Positions 10,708 to 21,046 of a stretch of DNA of 64,000 bases are shown one piece after another. Source of the DNA: an uncultured delta proteobacterium (lineage in GTDB: Bacteria; Myxococcota_A; Polyangia; Polyangiales; Polyangiaceae); contig CAWDXG010000004.1 of assembly GCA_963806225.1 (NCBI GenBank), positions 1,440,001-1,504,000 of the forward strand. Direction: 5' to 3'. The notes beneath the pieces were generated by a model. The model searched no databases and was not told the origin of the DNA. It saw only the letters and a list, made by a program, of their open reading frames with translations. The position numbers were made by a program, and so were the translations under genes. The number at the start of each line of letters is the position of its first letter. Positions within the stretch are counted from its first letter, which is position 1.

Positions 10708-11127
10708 CTATTCGATGCGATCCAGCCCGCCTGGCTTGCCATCAGGGCCGTCGCTCATCAGCTCGTATTCCGCGTCCGGATGCTCTGCCGGACAAATCAG
10801 CCGTAGGCGCCGCCCCCACGCATCGCGCGGAGGCGTTCTGAAACTCCCGTAGTGTGCCACCGCCGACAGCGACGGTGGGCAAGCCCCATCGTGATCGGCG
10901 ACATAGGCGTCGACCGCCTGACGGACGTCTAGCAGGGTGGCCCGGGTCTGGCGAATCCCCGCTCTCTGGCGCTCCCGCGCGCCGATGAGCACGATGAAAC
11001 CCACCACAGCAACGCCAACGAGGAACGACCGCACGCGGCTCAGTCCGAGCCAGCGCCGGATGCCGCCGCGGCTCTCCCATGGGAAGAAGATCCGCTCCTC
11101 GCCCCGACGGCGGCGCATCATGGCCAT
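10708..11127 (-). CDS. GspG-like pseudopilin-domain protein lacking a prepilin cleavage motif
   Basis: GspG head motifs (AVDAY, CPPSL, DAWGRR, SDGPDGKPGG) after a hydrophobic segment, but no G|F-x-x-x-E. Confidence 0.75.
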   Translation of the reverse strand: MAMMRRRRGEERIFFPWESRGGIRRWLGLSRVRSFLVGVAVVGFIVLIGARERQRAGIRQTRATLLDVRQAVDAYVADHDGACPPSLSAVAHYGSFRTPPRDAWGRRLRLICPAEHPDAEYELMSDGPDGKPGGLDRIE

Positions 11128-11167
11128 GTTGCGGCTCCTCGCTGGGCGTTGTCGGCAGGGCTCGACA

Positions 11168-12394
11168 TCACTTCACCAGATCGTTCATCTGGATGAGCGG
11201 CATCAGGATGCTCATCGCGATGAACCCGACGATGCCGCCCATCACCACGATGAGCAGAGGTTCGAGTAGGCTGGTCAGCGCGGCGACCTTGGTCTCCACG
11301 TCCGCCTCGTAGGCACGCGCGACGTTCTCCAGCATCGGTTCGAGCTGACCGGTCTTCTCGCCGACCGCGATCATGTGCGTCACCATCGGCGGGAACCAGC
11401 CGCTGCGCTTGAGCGGCTCGGCGATGCTCTCGCCTTCACGGATGGACCCGATGGCGTCACCGACCACGGCCTGCAGGCGCGAGTTCTCCAGCACGTTCCT
11501 GCCGATCTCCATCGCCGTGAGCAGGGGCACGCCACTCGACAGCAGCGTCGCGAGCGTGCTGGCGAAGCGCGCCACGGCAACCAGCAGATTCAGCCGCCCG
11601 AAGAGCGGCACCTTGATCTTGAAGGTGTCGAACTTCATGCGGCCCTCCGGCGTGTTCTTCCAGCGCCGGAACAGCAGTGCCCCCGTGATGACCAGGCCGC
11701 CCAGAAGCCACCAGTAGTTGGCCATCGTGTCGGACACGAAGATCAAGAGCCGCGTGTACCAGGGCAGCGCCTGCCCCAGGTTGTCGAAGATCCGGGTCAC
11801 CTTCGGCACGACTGCGACCATCAAGAGGCTCACCAGCAGCGTTCCGATGATCGTCATGAGCACCGGATACGCGAGCGCGGCGACGACCTTGCCCTTGAGC
11901 CGCGACTGCGCCTCCATGAAATCCGCCAGGCGCTCGAGCACGCTCTCCAGCGTGCCGGAAGCCTCGCCGGCGGCGACCATGTTCACGAACAGCGGAGGGA
12001 AGACCTTCGGGTGCACCTCCAGGCTCTTGGCGAAGCTGGTGCCCTCGTTCAGACTCTCCCGCACGCTGGTGAGGACCCGCACCAGGGCTTCCTTCTCGAC
12101 CTGCTCGGTCAAAGCCGCAACCGACTCCACCAGCGGCACGCCGGCGCGCACGAGCGTCGCCAGCTGCCGGGTCATCACCGCGACATCCGCGGAGTTGGCC
12201 CGGCGGAAGAAGGCCATGAGGTCGATGTCGCGGCGGGACTTCTTCTTGCGCTCGCTCTCCTCGGTCGCAAGCGTCAGCATGATCCCGTCGCGGCGCAACA
12301 TCGCCCGGAGCGCCTTCGCGTTGTCGGCATCACGGTAGCCCTTCACGGACTTGCCGGAATCGATCTGGATGCCTTTGAACTCGTAGACGGCCAT
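11168..12394 (-). CDS. gspF: Type II secretion inner-membrane platform protein F
   Basis: TRQLATLVRAGVPL, MVAAGEASGTLE, ALAYP, MIAVGEKTGQLE, LLEPLLIVVMG. Confidence 0.95.
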   Translation of the reverse strand: MAVYEFKGIQIDSGKSVKGYRDADNAKALRAMLRRDGIMLTLATEESERKKKSRRDIDLMAFFRRANSADVAVMTRQLATLVRAGVPLVESVAALTEQVEKEALVRVLTSVRESLNEGTSFAKSLEVHPKVFPPLFVNMVAAGEASGTLESVLERLADFMEAQSRLKGKVVAALAYPVLMTIIGTLLVSLLMVAVVPKVTRIFDNLGQALPWYTRLLIFVSDTMANYWWLLGGLVITGALLFRRWKNTPEGRMKFDTFKIKVPLFGRLNLLVAVARFASTLATLLSSGVPLLTAMEIGRNVLENSRLQAVVGDAIGSIREGESIAEPLKRSGWFPPMVTHMIAVGEKTGQLEPMLENVARAYEADVETKVAALTSLLEPLLIVVMGGIVGFIAMSILMPLIQMNDLVK

Positions 12395-12425
12395 CAGCTA
12401 CCCGTCCGTCGCCTGAGAGCGCCCC

Positions 12426-14196
12426 TCACTCGACGAAAACGTCCTCCTGCGTTGCGGCCACCACTTCCTCCACGGTCGTCTTGCCGAGCAGCACCTTGCG
12501 CGCGCCGTCGTCCCTGAGCGAATCCATGCCCTGCAGCTGCGCGGCACGCTTGATGCTCTGCGCGTCGGCATTCTGCAGCACCAACGCACCGACCGCGTCG
12601 TCCGCCACCAGAAGCTCGTAGATCCCCATGCGGCCCGTGAAGCCCTTGTCGTCGCAGCGATCGCAGCCGCGGGCCCGGTACACCATTGGCATTCCGGGCC
12701 CTCGCCAACCGATCGGCGTGTAGTCCACCTCGTGAGCGGTGTAGCGCGGCGACAGCTGCCGCTCATCGCGGCGGCGCGTGCGCTCGGGGTCGATGCCGAG
12801 CTGCGAGAGCTCGAAGGCGCTCGCCTCGTACGGCTCCTTGCAGTGCTCGCACAGCACGCGCACCAGGCGCTGCGCCAGGATGCCGATCACAGTCGAGCGA
12901 ACCAGGAACGGCTCGATCTCCATTTCCACCAGGCGCGTGACCGCGCCCGAGGCGTCGTTGGTGTGGATCGTCGAGAGCACCAGGTGACCGGTCATCGACG
13001 CGTGGATGGCGATCTCGGCCGTCTCCTTGTCGCGGATCTCGCCGACCATGATCACGTCGGGATCCTGCCGCAGGAACGCGCGCAGCGAATTGGCGAAGGT
13101 CAGGCCGATCTTCGGCTGCACCGGCGACCTGGTGGATCCCGCCGATCTCGTACTCGACCGGATCCTCGGCGGTGAGGATGTTGATGTTCGGCCGGTTGAT
13201 GCGGTTGAGGCAGGCGTACAGCGTGGTCGTCTTGCCGCTGCCGGTCGGGCCGGTGACCAGGATGATGCCGTTCGGACGATGGATCAGCTGGTCCATCAGG
13301 TAGTAGTCGCGCGGCGAGAACCCGAGCTCCGCCAGATCGAGCAGCACGTTGGTCTTGTGCAGCAGGCGCATCACGATGCGCTCTGCATCGCGGCTCGTGG
13401 GGATGGTCGAGACGCGGACGTCGATGCTGCGCCCCGCGATCTTGAGCGAGATGCGGCCGTCCTGCGGGAGGCGCTTTTCCGCGATGTTGAGCCCCGCCAT
13501 GATCTTCACGCGAGCCACGACCGAGCTCATGAACTGCCGGCTGGCACGACGCGCCACATACAGCTGGCCGTCGATCCGGTAGCGGACGAGGACTTCCTTC
13601 TCCTCGGGCTCGATATGGATATCGCTGGCCCGCTCCTTCACCGCCTGGGAAAACAGGTGGTTGACCCAGCGGATGATGGGCGCATCCTCGTCTGACTCGA
13701 GGATGTCGACTTCATCCTCGTCGCCCAGGTCGTCGGTCGACTCGAGCTCGCTCGTGGTGTCCTGTTTCTCGTAGACGCGGTTGATCGCGTCCACCACGAC
13801 TTCAATGCCCGCGGCGCGAGCCGCGACGGGCTTGCCGAAAATGGCGCGCACGTCGTCGAGCGCCCCGGTGTCCAGCGGATCGGCGCACAGCACCTCCACC
13901 GAATCGTCGTTCTCGGCAACCACCAGGATCTTGTGGTTCTTCGCGTAGCCGATGGGCAGCCGAGTGGCGGTCGCGAGCGGCACCGCGTCGGCGTCCACGC
14001 GCTCGACGAACTCCATCCCGCACTCCGCCGCGAGCGCCTTCGCAATATCGCTCTCGCTGGCGACCTGGCTCTGCACCATCAGGTCCACGAGCGGCGAGCC
14101 CTTCTCCCGTTGCTGCGCGTAGAGCGGCTCGAGAGCATCGGCCGTGGCGACGCCGTGCCGGACCAGGATGTCGCCGAGAACGCGTTGCTCGAGCAT
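12426..14196 (-). CDS. gspE: Type II secretion ATPase E (apparent +1 frameshift at ~13121-13124)
   Basis: [16 protein letters not shown], Walker [11 protein letters not shown] and EDPVEY in one frame. [27 protein letters not shown] and two CxxC motifs in the next frame. Confidence 0.95.
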
Positions 14197-14204
14197 CGCC
14201 GCCA

Positions 14205-16748
14205 CTACTCCATCCGCTCCACGTTGACGCTGCGTGAGACCGGGTTGATGCGGATCGGCGACTCCAGCTGACCGGTTGGCCTGCGGCGGACCGGCGGCGT
14301 ACGCGGGGTGGGACGCCGGCGGATCCGGCGCGGGCGCGGCGCCGGACGCGGAGCCTGGAGCGTCGGGTTGTTGCCGGACTTGACGTTCGTCGGCAGGTCG
14401 ATCGGTTCGCTCGGCGTGTGCTCGAACGCCTCGCTCGGCTTGCTCTCCTCCTCCAGACGCTGGCGTTCCTGGACCTTGAAATACGACTGGCGGATGTCCT
14501 CGACGAGACCGTTCGTGCGCGTCCAGTCCTTGGGCGGAGTCCACTCGTTGTTGTCGAACACGAAGTAGCGATCGAGAAACTCCTGCCGCTCTTCCATCTT
14601 GCGCTCGAAGATCTTGCGCAGGTCGTTCTGGCTCTGGATCACGTAGGGCGTCAGGATCAGGAGCAGGTTCGTCTTGCGGGTCTGCTTTTCCGTTTTCCGG
14701 AACAGGAAGCCCAGCACCGGCAGGTCACCCAGCACCGGAACCTTCGTGCGCGTCTTGACCACCGAGTCGCGCATCAGCCCGCCGATGACGACGGTCTGCT
14801 GATCATCGACGACGACCGTGGTCTTCGCCGTGCGCTTGGTGATCGGCACCGCGCCCAGCGCGCCGACCGCGGCGCCCGGATTGCTGATCTCTTCCTCTAT
14901 CTCGAGGCGGACCTGGTTCTTGCTGTTGATATGCGGCGTGACCTTGATTTTCGTGCCAACGTCCTGGCGCGGCGCGCTGTAGCCGCCCAGTCCCAGCGCG
15001 CCGAGGCCTCCCAGCGCCCCCAGGTTCGCGCCCTGCGCACCGGCAGCACCGGCGAGCGCGCCCAGGTTCGAGAGACCGCCGCCGACGTTCGTCTGCAGCG
15101 GGATGTTCTCGCCCACGTTGATCTCGGCGGGAACATTGTTGGTGGCGATGATGTGCGGCGTGGCCAGCACGTTCGAGTCGCTGTTGCTGGCTACCGCGTT
15201 GAGCACGACGCCGAAGGCCGGAATGCTCAGCCCCGTGCCCAGGAGCTGCGACGTGCCAGGGAGGTCGGGGCCGCGCGCACCGAGCGCGGCCCCCTGCAGA
15301 GCGTCCTGGTTGATCGGGAACGTCGTGGACTTCGCGGCGTCGAAGCCGCCGAGGAAGAGCGTGTCGCCGCCACCACCGATATTCGCTGTCGTGCCGCCGT
15401 GGAATGCCACGCCCAGGCTCGTGGAGTGATCGACCCCGACATCCATGATCACGGCCTCGATGAACACCTGCCGTCGACGCATGTCGAGCTCGTCGACCAC
15501 GAGCCGCATCTGCGCGTAGTCGCGCCCCGACGAGGTGATGATCAGCGAGTTGGTAGCCTTGTCCGCAGTCACCTGCACCTGACCGTCGAACAGCTCGCCG
15601 GCTCCGCCGGGCTGCCCCGGCTTGCCGCCCTTCTGGGCGCCGTTCAGCATCTGCGTGAGCGTCTTCGCCAGCTCGTCGGCGACGGCGTTCTGGAGCGGCA
15701 GCACGTGCACCTTGCCCTCCGCCGCGGGCTTGCTGTCCAGCCGCTTCATCAACTCGAGCAGCTTCTTGTACGAATCCGGCTGGCCCACGATGATGAGCGA
15801 ATTGGACTGGTCGTCGGGGACGACCTTCACCAGACCGCCGGCGCCGGGCGCGCCGTTCGCGCCGTTCGCGCCGGGCTTGCCGTTCTGCCCGAGATCGAAC
15901 AGCTCGTTGATGCGCTTGGCCAGATCATCGGCGGCGCCGTAGTGAACCGGCTCGATCCACATCTTGTTGCTCGCCCCGCCGACGTCGACCTCCTCGATGA
16001 TGCGGATCATGCGCTGGATGTTGGCGCCCGTGTCCGTCAGGATGAGCAGCTGCCCGGGCGCGTACACGGAGATGTCGCCCTCTTTGCTCTTGAACTTGGA
16101 GAGCAGCTGCGCCACCTCCTGCGCATCGACGTTACGCAGCCGGTACAGGCGCGTGATGAAACGGTCCTCGTTGGGTACCGGTGCGCCGCGTGAATAGATG
16201 GGCGTGTCCTGCGTCACGATGCCGCCGCTGTCGACGATCTTCAGGAAGCGGCCGTGCGGAACGACCGTCATGCCGTTGGCATCGAGGATCGACAGGAAGG
16301 CCTGGTACGCCTCTGCAAGCGTCACGGGGCTTGGCGAGACCACCGTCGCCTTGATGTTGCGCACCTTCGATCCGTAGATGAAACGCTTCCCCGTCATGCC
16401 GCTGATGTGATTGACCAGCTCGGCCAGGTCGGCGTCCTGAAGGTTGAACTTGACGCGGAACCCCGCGGGCTTCGGCCGATACGGCGTGTCGGCGGCCTTG
16501 GCGATGGCGTCCATCGTCGTCGGCAGCGGTCCAGCCTGGCCGGGAAGCGCGGGCGCCGCGGGCGGCTGGGCCGCAGCGGCTGGTTTCTTCTGCGGCGGCG
16601 TTCTCACCGCGGGCTTCTTCGCGGTCGGCAACTTGAGGACCCCGGGCTTCGGACGAGCACGGATGGGGGGGGCCTGGGCCACGGCCGGGGCTGCCAGAAG
16701 CAGCACGAGGGGGCCGGCGAGCCACAACATTGCACGAGTAGGGGACAT
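14205..16748 (-). CDS. gspD: Type II secretion secretin D
   Basis: Signal peptide from ATG 16748, FNLQDADL N0 domain, N1-N3 repeats, QVFIEAVI, NVLATPHI, DVGTKIKVTPHI, KVPVLGDLPVLGFLFR. Confidence 0.95.
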   Translation of the reverse strand: MSPTRAMLWLAGPLVLLLAAPAVAQAPPIRARPKPGVLKLPTAKKPAVRTPPQKKPAAAAQPPAAPALPGQAGPLPTTMDAIAKAADTPYRPKPAGFRVKFNLQDADLAELVNHISGMTGKRFIYGSKVRNIKATVVSPSPVTLAEAYQAFLSILDANGMTVVPHGRFLKIVDSGGIVTQDTPIYSRGAPVPNEDRFITRLYRLRNVDAQEVAQLLSKFKSKEGDISVYAPGQLLILTDTGANIQRMIRIIEEVDVGGASNKMWIEPVHYGAADDLAKRINELFDLGQNGKPGANGANGAPGAGGLVKVVPDDQSNSLIIVGQPDSYKKLLELMKRLDSKPAAEGKVHVLPLQNAVADELAKTLTQMLNGAQKGGKPGQPGGAGELFDGQVQVTADKATNSLIITSSGRDYAQMRLVVDELDMRRRQVFIEAVIMDVGVDHSTSLGVAFHGGTTANIGGGGDTLFLGGFDAAKSTTFPINQDALQGAALGARGPDLPGTSQLLGTGLSIPAFGVVLNAVASNSDSNVLATPHIIATNNVPAEINVGENIPLQTNVGGGLSNLGALAGAAGAQGANLGALGGLGALGLGGYSAPRQDVGTKIKVTPHINSKNQVRLEIEEEISNPGAAVGALGAVPITKRTAKTTVVVDDQQTVVIGGLMRDSVVKTRTKVPVLGDLPVLGFLFRKTEKQTRKTNLLLILTPYVIQSQNDLRKIFERKMEERQEFLDRYFVFDNNEWTPPKDWTRTNGLVEDIRQSYFKVQERQRLEEESKPSEAFEHTPSEPIDLPTNVKSGNNPTLQAPRPAPRPRRIRRRPTPRTPPVRRRPTGQLESPIRINPVSRSVNVERME

Positions 16749-16759
16749 TCTTGTTCTTG

Positions 16760-17752
16760 TCACTTGATGTGGAAGTCGATGGACATCGGCTGGCCGCGAC
16801 GATTGATCTTCACGTTCAGGTTCGAGGCGGTGCGCAGGCGCGCGTAGGCTTCGAGCGCCTTCTCCGGGCTGCTCATGTTGAATCCGTTGATCGCCTCGAG
16901 GCGATCGCCGTTCTTCATGCCGAGTGTGCCGAGCAGCGTGTCGGGCCGGATACCGAACATGCGGATGCCGACGACCTTGCCGTTCTTCTGTTCCGGCACG
17001 ATGCGCGCCGACCGCATCAACTCGGCCTGGTTCTCGAGGATCTTGTCCACGACCGAACGGTCGACATTGAATTCGGTGTCGCTCACCTTCTGGATCTTCG
17101 ACGCGATATCCTGCGGGACCGTCGCCGGCCCGCCGCGATGGTGAGCCCGCGGCGCCGGACTGGCGGGACGAGGCGTAGCCGCCGGCGTCGGCTTCGGCTG
17201 CTCGCTGAAGAGCACTGCCTGGCACAAGGCCGGACCGTTGGTCATCCAGACTGCCGGACTCTGCTCGCGCGGGTTGTAGCCGATGTACACGACCTCGCTC
17301 GGGCCGATGTGATCGCCCACGCGGCGGATGCTCGCCTTGGGCTCCCCCGGGCCCTGCACCGCCGCAAGCGACCAGGTCGGATCGGGAGACTCGGTAACGA
17401 TGTTGACCCGCATCCCGTCGCAGGCCGGCGCCGACAGCGGATCGGATATGTCGGCCTTCGACGCGTTCGGCAGCGACTCATCGAGCGGCTTCGCGTTGAG
17501 CGGGCCGGTGACCGAATCGAACGGATTGCGCGACAGGATCGGCTCGGCGCTCTTCTCCTCGGCGCGGGGTCGCTGGTTCAGCGCCGCCAGGTCACCCGGA
17601 CCCGGCGGGCGCGAGGCCAACGTGCTCTCGTCCGGAGCGAGCGCGGCGCCGAGGAGCTGCGTCGCGCCCGAGGCCTCGAAGTAGGCAGCGAGCGCGACCA
17701 GTCCGAGGATGACCACGGAGAAGTACTTCTTGAGCAGGGTGTCGAAGGGCAC
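16760..17752 (-). CDS. gspC: Type II secretion protein C (TM + HR + PDZ), copy 1
   Basis: N-terminal TM, RNPFDS, and C-terminal PDZ (LGMKNGDRLEAING...INRRGQ). First gene of the operon. Confidence 0.9.
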   Translation of the reverse strand: MPFDTLLKKYFSVVILGLVALAAYFEASGATQLLGAALAPDESTLASRPPGPGDLAALNQRPRAEEKSAEPILSRNPFDSVTGPLNAKPLDESLPNASKADISDPLSAPACDGMRVNIVTESPDPTWSLAAVQGPGEPKASIRRVGDHIGPSEVVYIGYNPREQSPAVWMTNGPALCQAVLFSEQPKPTPAATPRPASPAPRAHHRGGPATVPQDIASKIQKVSDTEFNVDRSVVDKILENQAELMRSARIVPEQKNGKVVGIRMFGIRPDTLLGTLGMKNGDRLEAINGFNMSSPEKALEAYARLRTASNLNVKINRRGQPMSIDFHIK

Positions 17753-17769
17753 GGGTCCGGAGGGGTTAA

Positions 17770-17785
17770 AGCGAGAGGCGTGCCA
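17770..17785 (-). promoter_or_regulatory. Sigma-54 (-24/-12) promoter of the gsp operon
   Basis: Minus strand reads TGGCACGCCTCTCGCT (TGGCAC-N5-TCGCT, exact GG-N10-GC spacing), 17 bp upstream of the gspC GTG. An A/T tract lies upstream at ~17799-17804. Confidence 0.75.
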
Positions 17786-17874
17786 GGGGTCAATGCAGAA
17801 AAAACGCTGGGAATTCCAGCGGGTTGGAGACCGACAGCGAGCGTCGGGGGCGCCAACCTGGCAAAGCCAGGCCC

Positions 17875-17903
17875 TGACAGACGCTCAGTGCGACAAAGTG
17901 TCA
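17875..17903. promoter_or_regulatory. Putative tandem enhancer sites (TGAC-N5-GTCA-like) for a sigma-54 activator
   Basis: TGACAGACGCTCA (17875-17887) and CGACAAAGTGTCA (17891-17903), about 90-120 bp upstream of the -24 box. Confidence 0.4.
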
Positions 17904-17949
17904 AGCTGACCGAGCGGCCAGTTCCTGCCGCCCACGGGCCGGACGCCGC

Positions 17950-19377
<1,428 letters not shown>

Positions 19378-19398
19378 GTCGCCATCCTGGCATCAGTC

Positions 19399-19411
19399 TG
19401 ACAGCAGGTCA
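19399..19411. promoter_or_regulatory. TGAC-N5-GTCA palindrome upstream of the regulator (possible autoregulatory site)
   Basis: TGACAGCAGGTCA lies 21 bp before the regulator ATG and matches the two sites upstream of gspC. Confidence 0.35.
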
Positions 19412-19517
19412 ATTACGGCGCCGGTACTATCCGGAGAAACCGTGTTATTCCGGGGAGATCAGGCCACTCATCAGGTGCATCTGGAGCTTGCCAGGGTCAG
19501 ACCTCGGGAGGGCTGCT

Positions 19518-20522
19518 CTAGCGTATCAGCAGGTCGATCGTCACCGGATGTCCCCGCCGATTGACCTGGATCTTCAGCGAGCCCGCGCCGCGCATCTTGC
19601 CGTACCCCTCGATGGCCTTGTCGGGGCTCGTGACCTTCACACCCCCGACGGACTCGACGCGGTCGCCGCTCTCGAGCCCGAGCTTGCCGAGCAGCGTGTT
19701 GGAACGGATGCCGAAGATACGGATGCCCTTGATGTTCCCGTTCTCGCTCTCGGGCAGGACACCGCTGCTCGGCATGAGCTGATCGGGTTGACCAAGGATG
19801 TCGTCTACCGCAGCGGGCGAGACGCGCACCTGCGTGTCGCTGAGCTGGCGGATCCTGGATGCGAGCTTCGGATCGACCTTGGACAGCGGCTTGTGCTGCG
19901 GTCTGGGCGCGGACGGGATCGTGACCGGCGTGGGCGGCGGCGGCGAGCTGACCGGTGGCACGCCGCCCGGGGCCCCGGCCCTGGGCGCATCTGCGAACAA
20001 CAGCGCCTGGCACAGGGATGAACCGTTCTCGAGCCATACCGCTGGGCTGCGCGCACGCGGGTTGTAGCCGATATAGGCGATCTTCTGGTCACCCACCGTG
20101 TCACCCACACGGTACACGTCGGCCTTGTCGTCCCCGTCGCGCTGCAGGGCTGCCCGGGACCACGCCGGGTCTTCCGCTTCGGTCACGATGTGCACGTGGA
20201 TCCCGGGACAGGCCGGCGCCTGGAGCGGGTCGGTCGACGATACCGCCGCGGACGGCACGTTGTGCACCGGGTGCTCGTCGAGTGGCCCGGTCACCGAATC
20301 GAAAGGATTGCGCGACAGGATTGCTTCCGCGCTCTTCGCCCGCGCCCGCCCGGGAGCGGCGACGGCGTCCCGGGCGACCGGCGCTCTGGAGGAACCGGCA
20401 CCGCTTTCCAGCGCTGCGCCTGTCAGCGCTCCGATACCTGAAGCCTGGAAATACGCGGCCACGCCGATCAACACGAGGACGAGCAGCGCGAAGTACTTCT
20501 TCAGGAGAACGTCGAAAGCCAC
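19518..20522 (-). CDS. gspC: Type II secretion protein C paralog (TM + HR + PDZ), copy 2
   Basis: GTG at 20522. Colinear with copy 1: FDxLLKKYF, ILSRNPFDSVTGPL, YIGYNPR..SPAVW, and PDZ LGLESGDRVESVGG. Confidence 0.85.
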   Translation of the reverse strand: MAFDVLLKKYFALLVLVLIGVAAYFQASGIGALTGAALESGAGSSRAPVARDAVAAPGRARAKSAEAILSRNPFDSVTGPLDEHPVHNVPSAAVSSTDPLQAPACPGIHVHIVTEAEDPAWSRAALQRDGDDKADVYRVGDTVGDQKIAYIGYNPRARSPAVWLENGSSLCQALLFADAPRAGAPGGVPPVSSPPPPTPVTIPSAPRPQHKPLSKVDPKLASRIRQLSDTQVRVSPAAVDDILGQPDQLMPSSGVLPESENGNIKGIRIFGIRSNTLLGKLGLESGDRVESVGGVKVTSPDKAIEGYGKMRGAGSLKIQVNRRGHPVTIDLLIR

Positions 20523-20603
20523 GGTGAGCCCCGGCGCAGGCGCGCGCCTCCCCAAGCGTAGGCCCTCGGCGGTCCAGGCACTAGGCTCGCGAACGCGCGC
20601 TGA

Positions 20604-20996
20604 TCAAGGGTCGCGCGGCCGCCCGGACGCGGGCTTCCCTGCGCGCTCCAGCTTGGCCAGCTCGCGCGGCTCGACAAAATCCTCCGGAGCCAGCACCAGG
20701 CGCTCGACGCGCTCGCCGCGCTCGAGCGCGTCGACGATCTCCTCCAGGTCCGCCTCGGCAACGCGACCGTAGAAGTAGTGGTCGGGCTCGACGGCAATGG
20801 TTGGGCCCACCCAGCACGTGTCGAGGCAGCTCGACGTGCAGGCGCGCACCTCGGTGGCCGCGAGCCCGCGCTTCTTCAGCATGGCCTTGAGCCGCGCGTG
20901 CAGCTCCACCGAGCCTCGCGCGGCGCACGAGCCCTTCGGAGTGCCGTCGGGACGGCGGTTGATGCACACGAACAGGTAGCGCTTACGCTGGGCCAT
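20604..20996 (-). CDS. Thioredoxin-like [2Fe-2S] ferredoxin
   Basis: LFVCINRR...GSCAARGS...CTSSCLDTCWVGP...YFYGRV cysteine pattern. Confidence 0.85.
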   Translation of the reverse strand: MAQRKRYLFVCINRRPDGTPKGSCAARGSVELHARLKAMLKKRGLAATEVRACTSSCLDTCWVGPTIAVEPDHYFYGRVAEADLEEIVDALERGERVERLVLAPEDFVEPRELAKLERAGKPASGRPRDP

Positions 20997-21046
20997 GGGA
21001 GGCGGGAAATGTGCTGGCGACGCGACGGACGGTCAAGCGGGACAGG

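Noticed and set aside
12426..14544. Split gspE as two genes or programmed frameshifting
   Set aside because: The break falls inside the ATPase core with no slippery heptamer, and one-base removal restores a canonical GspE.
3269..17752. Type IV pilus or Tad/Kil system instead of T2SS
   Set aside because: GspC-PDZ, GspK, GspN and a GspD-type secretin with N0-N3 domains are present, with no PilT or Tad/Flp genes. No gspO or pilotin was found here; they are presumably encoded elsewhere.
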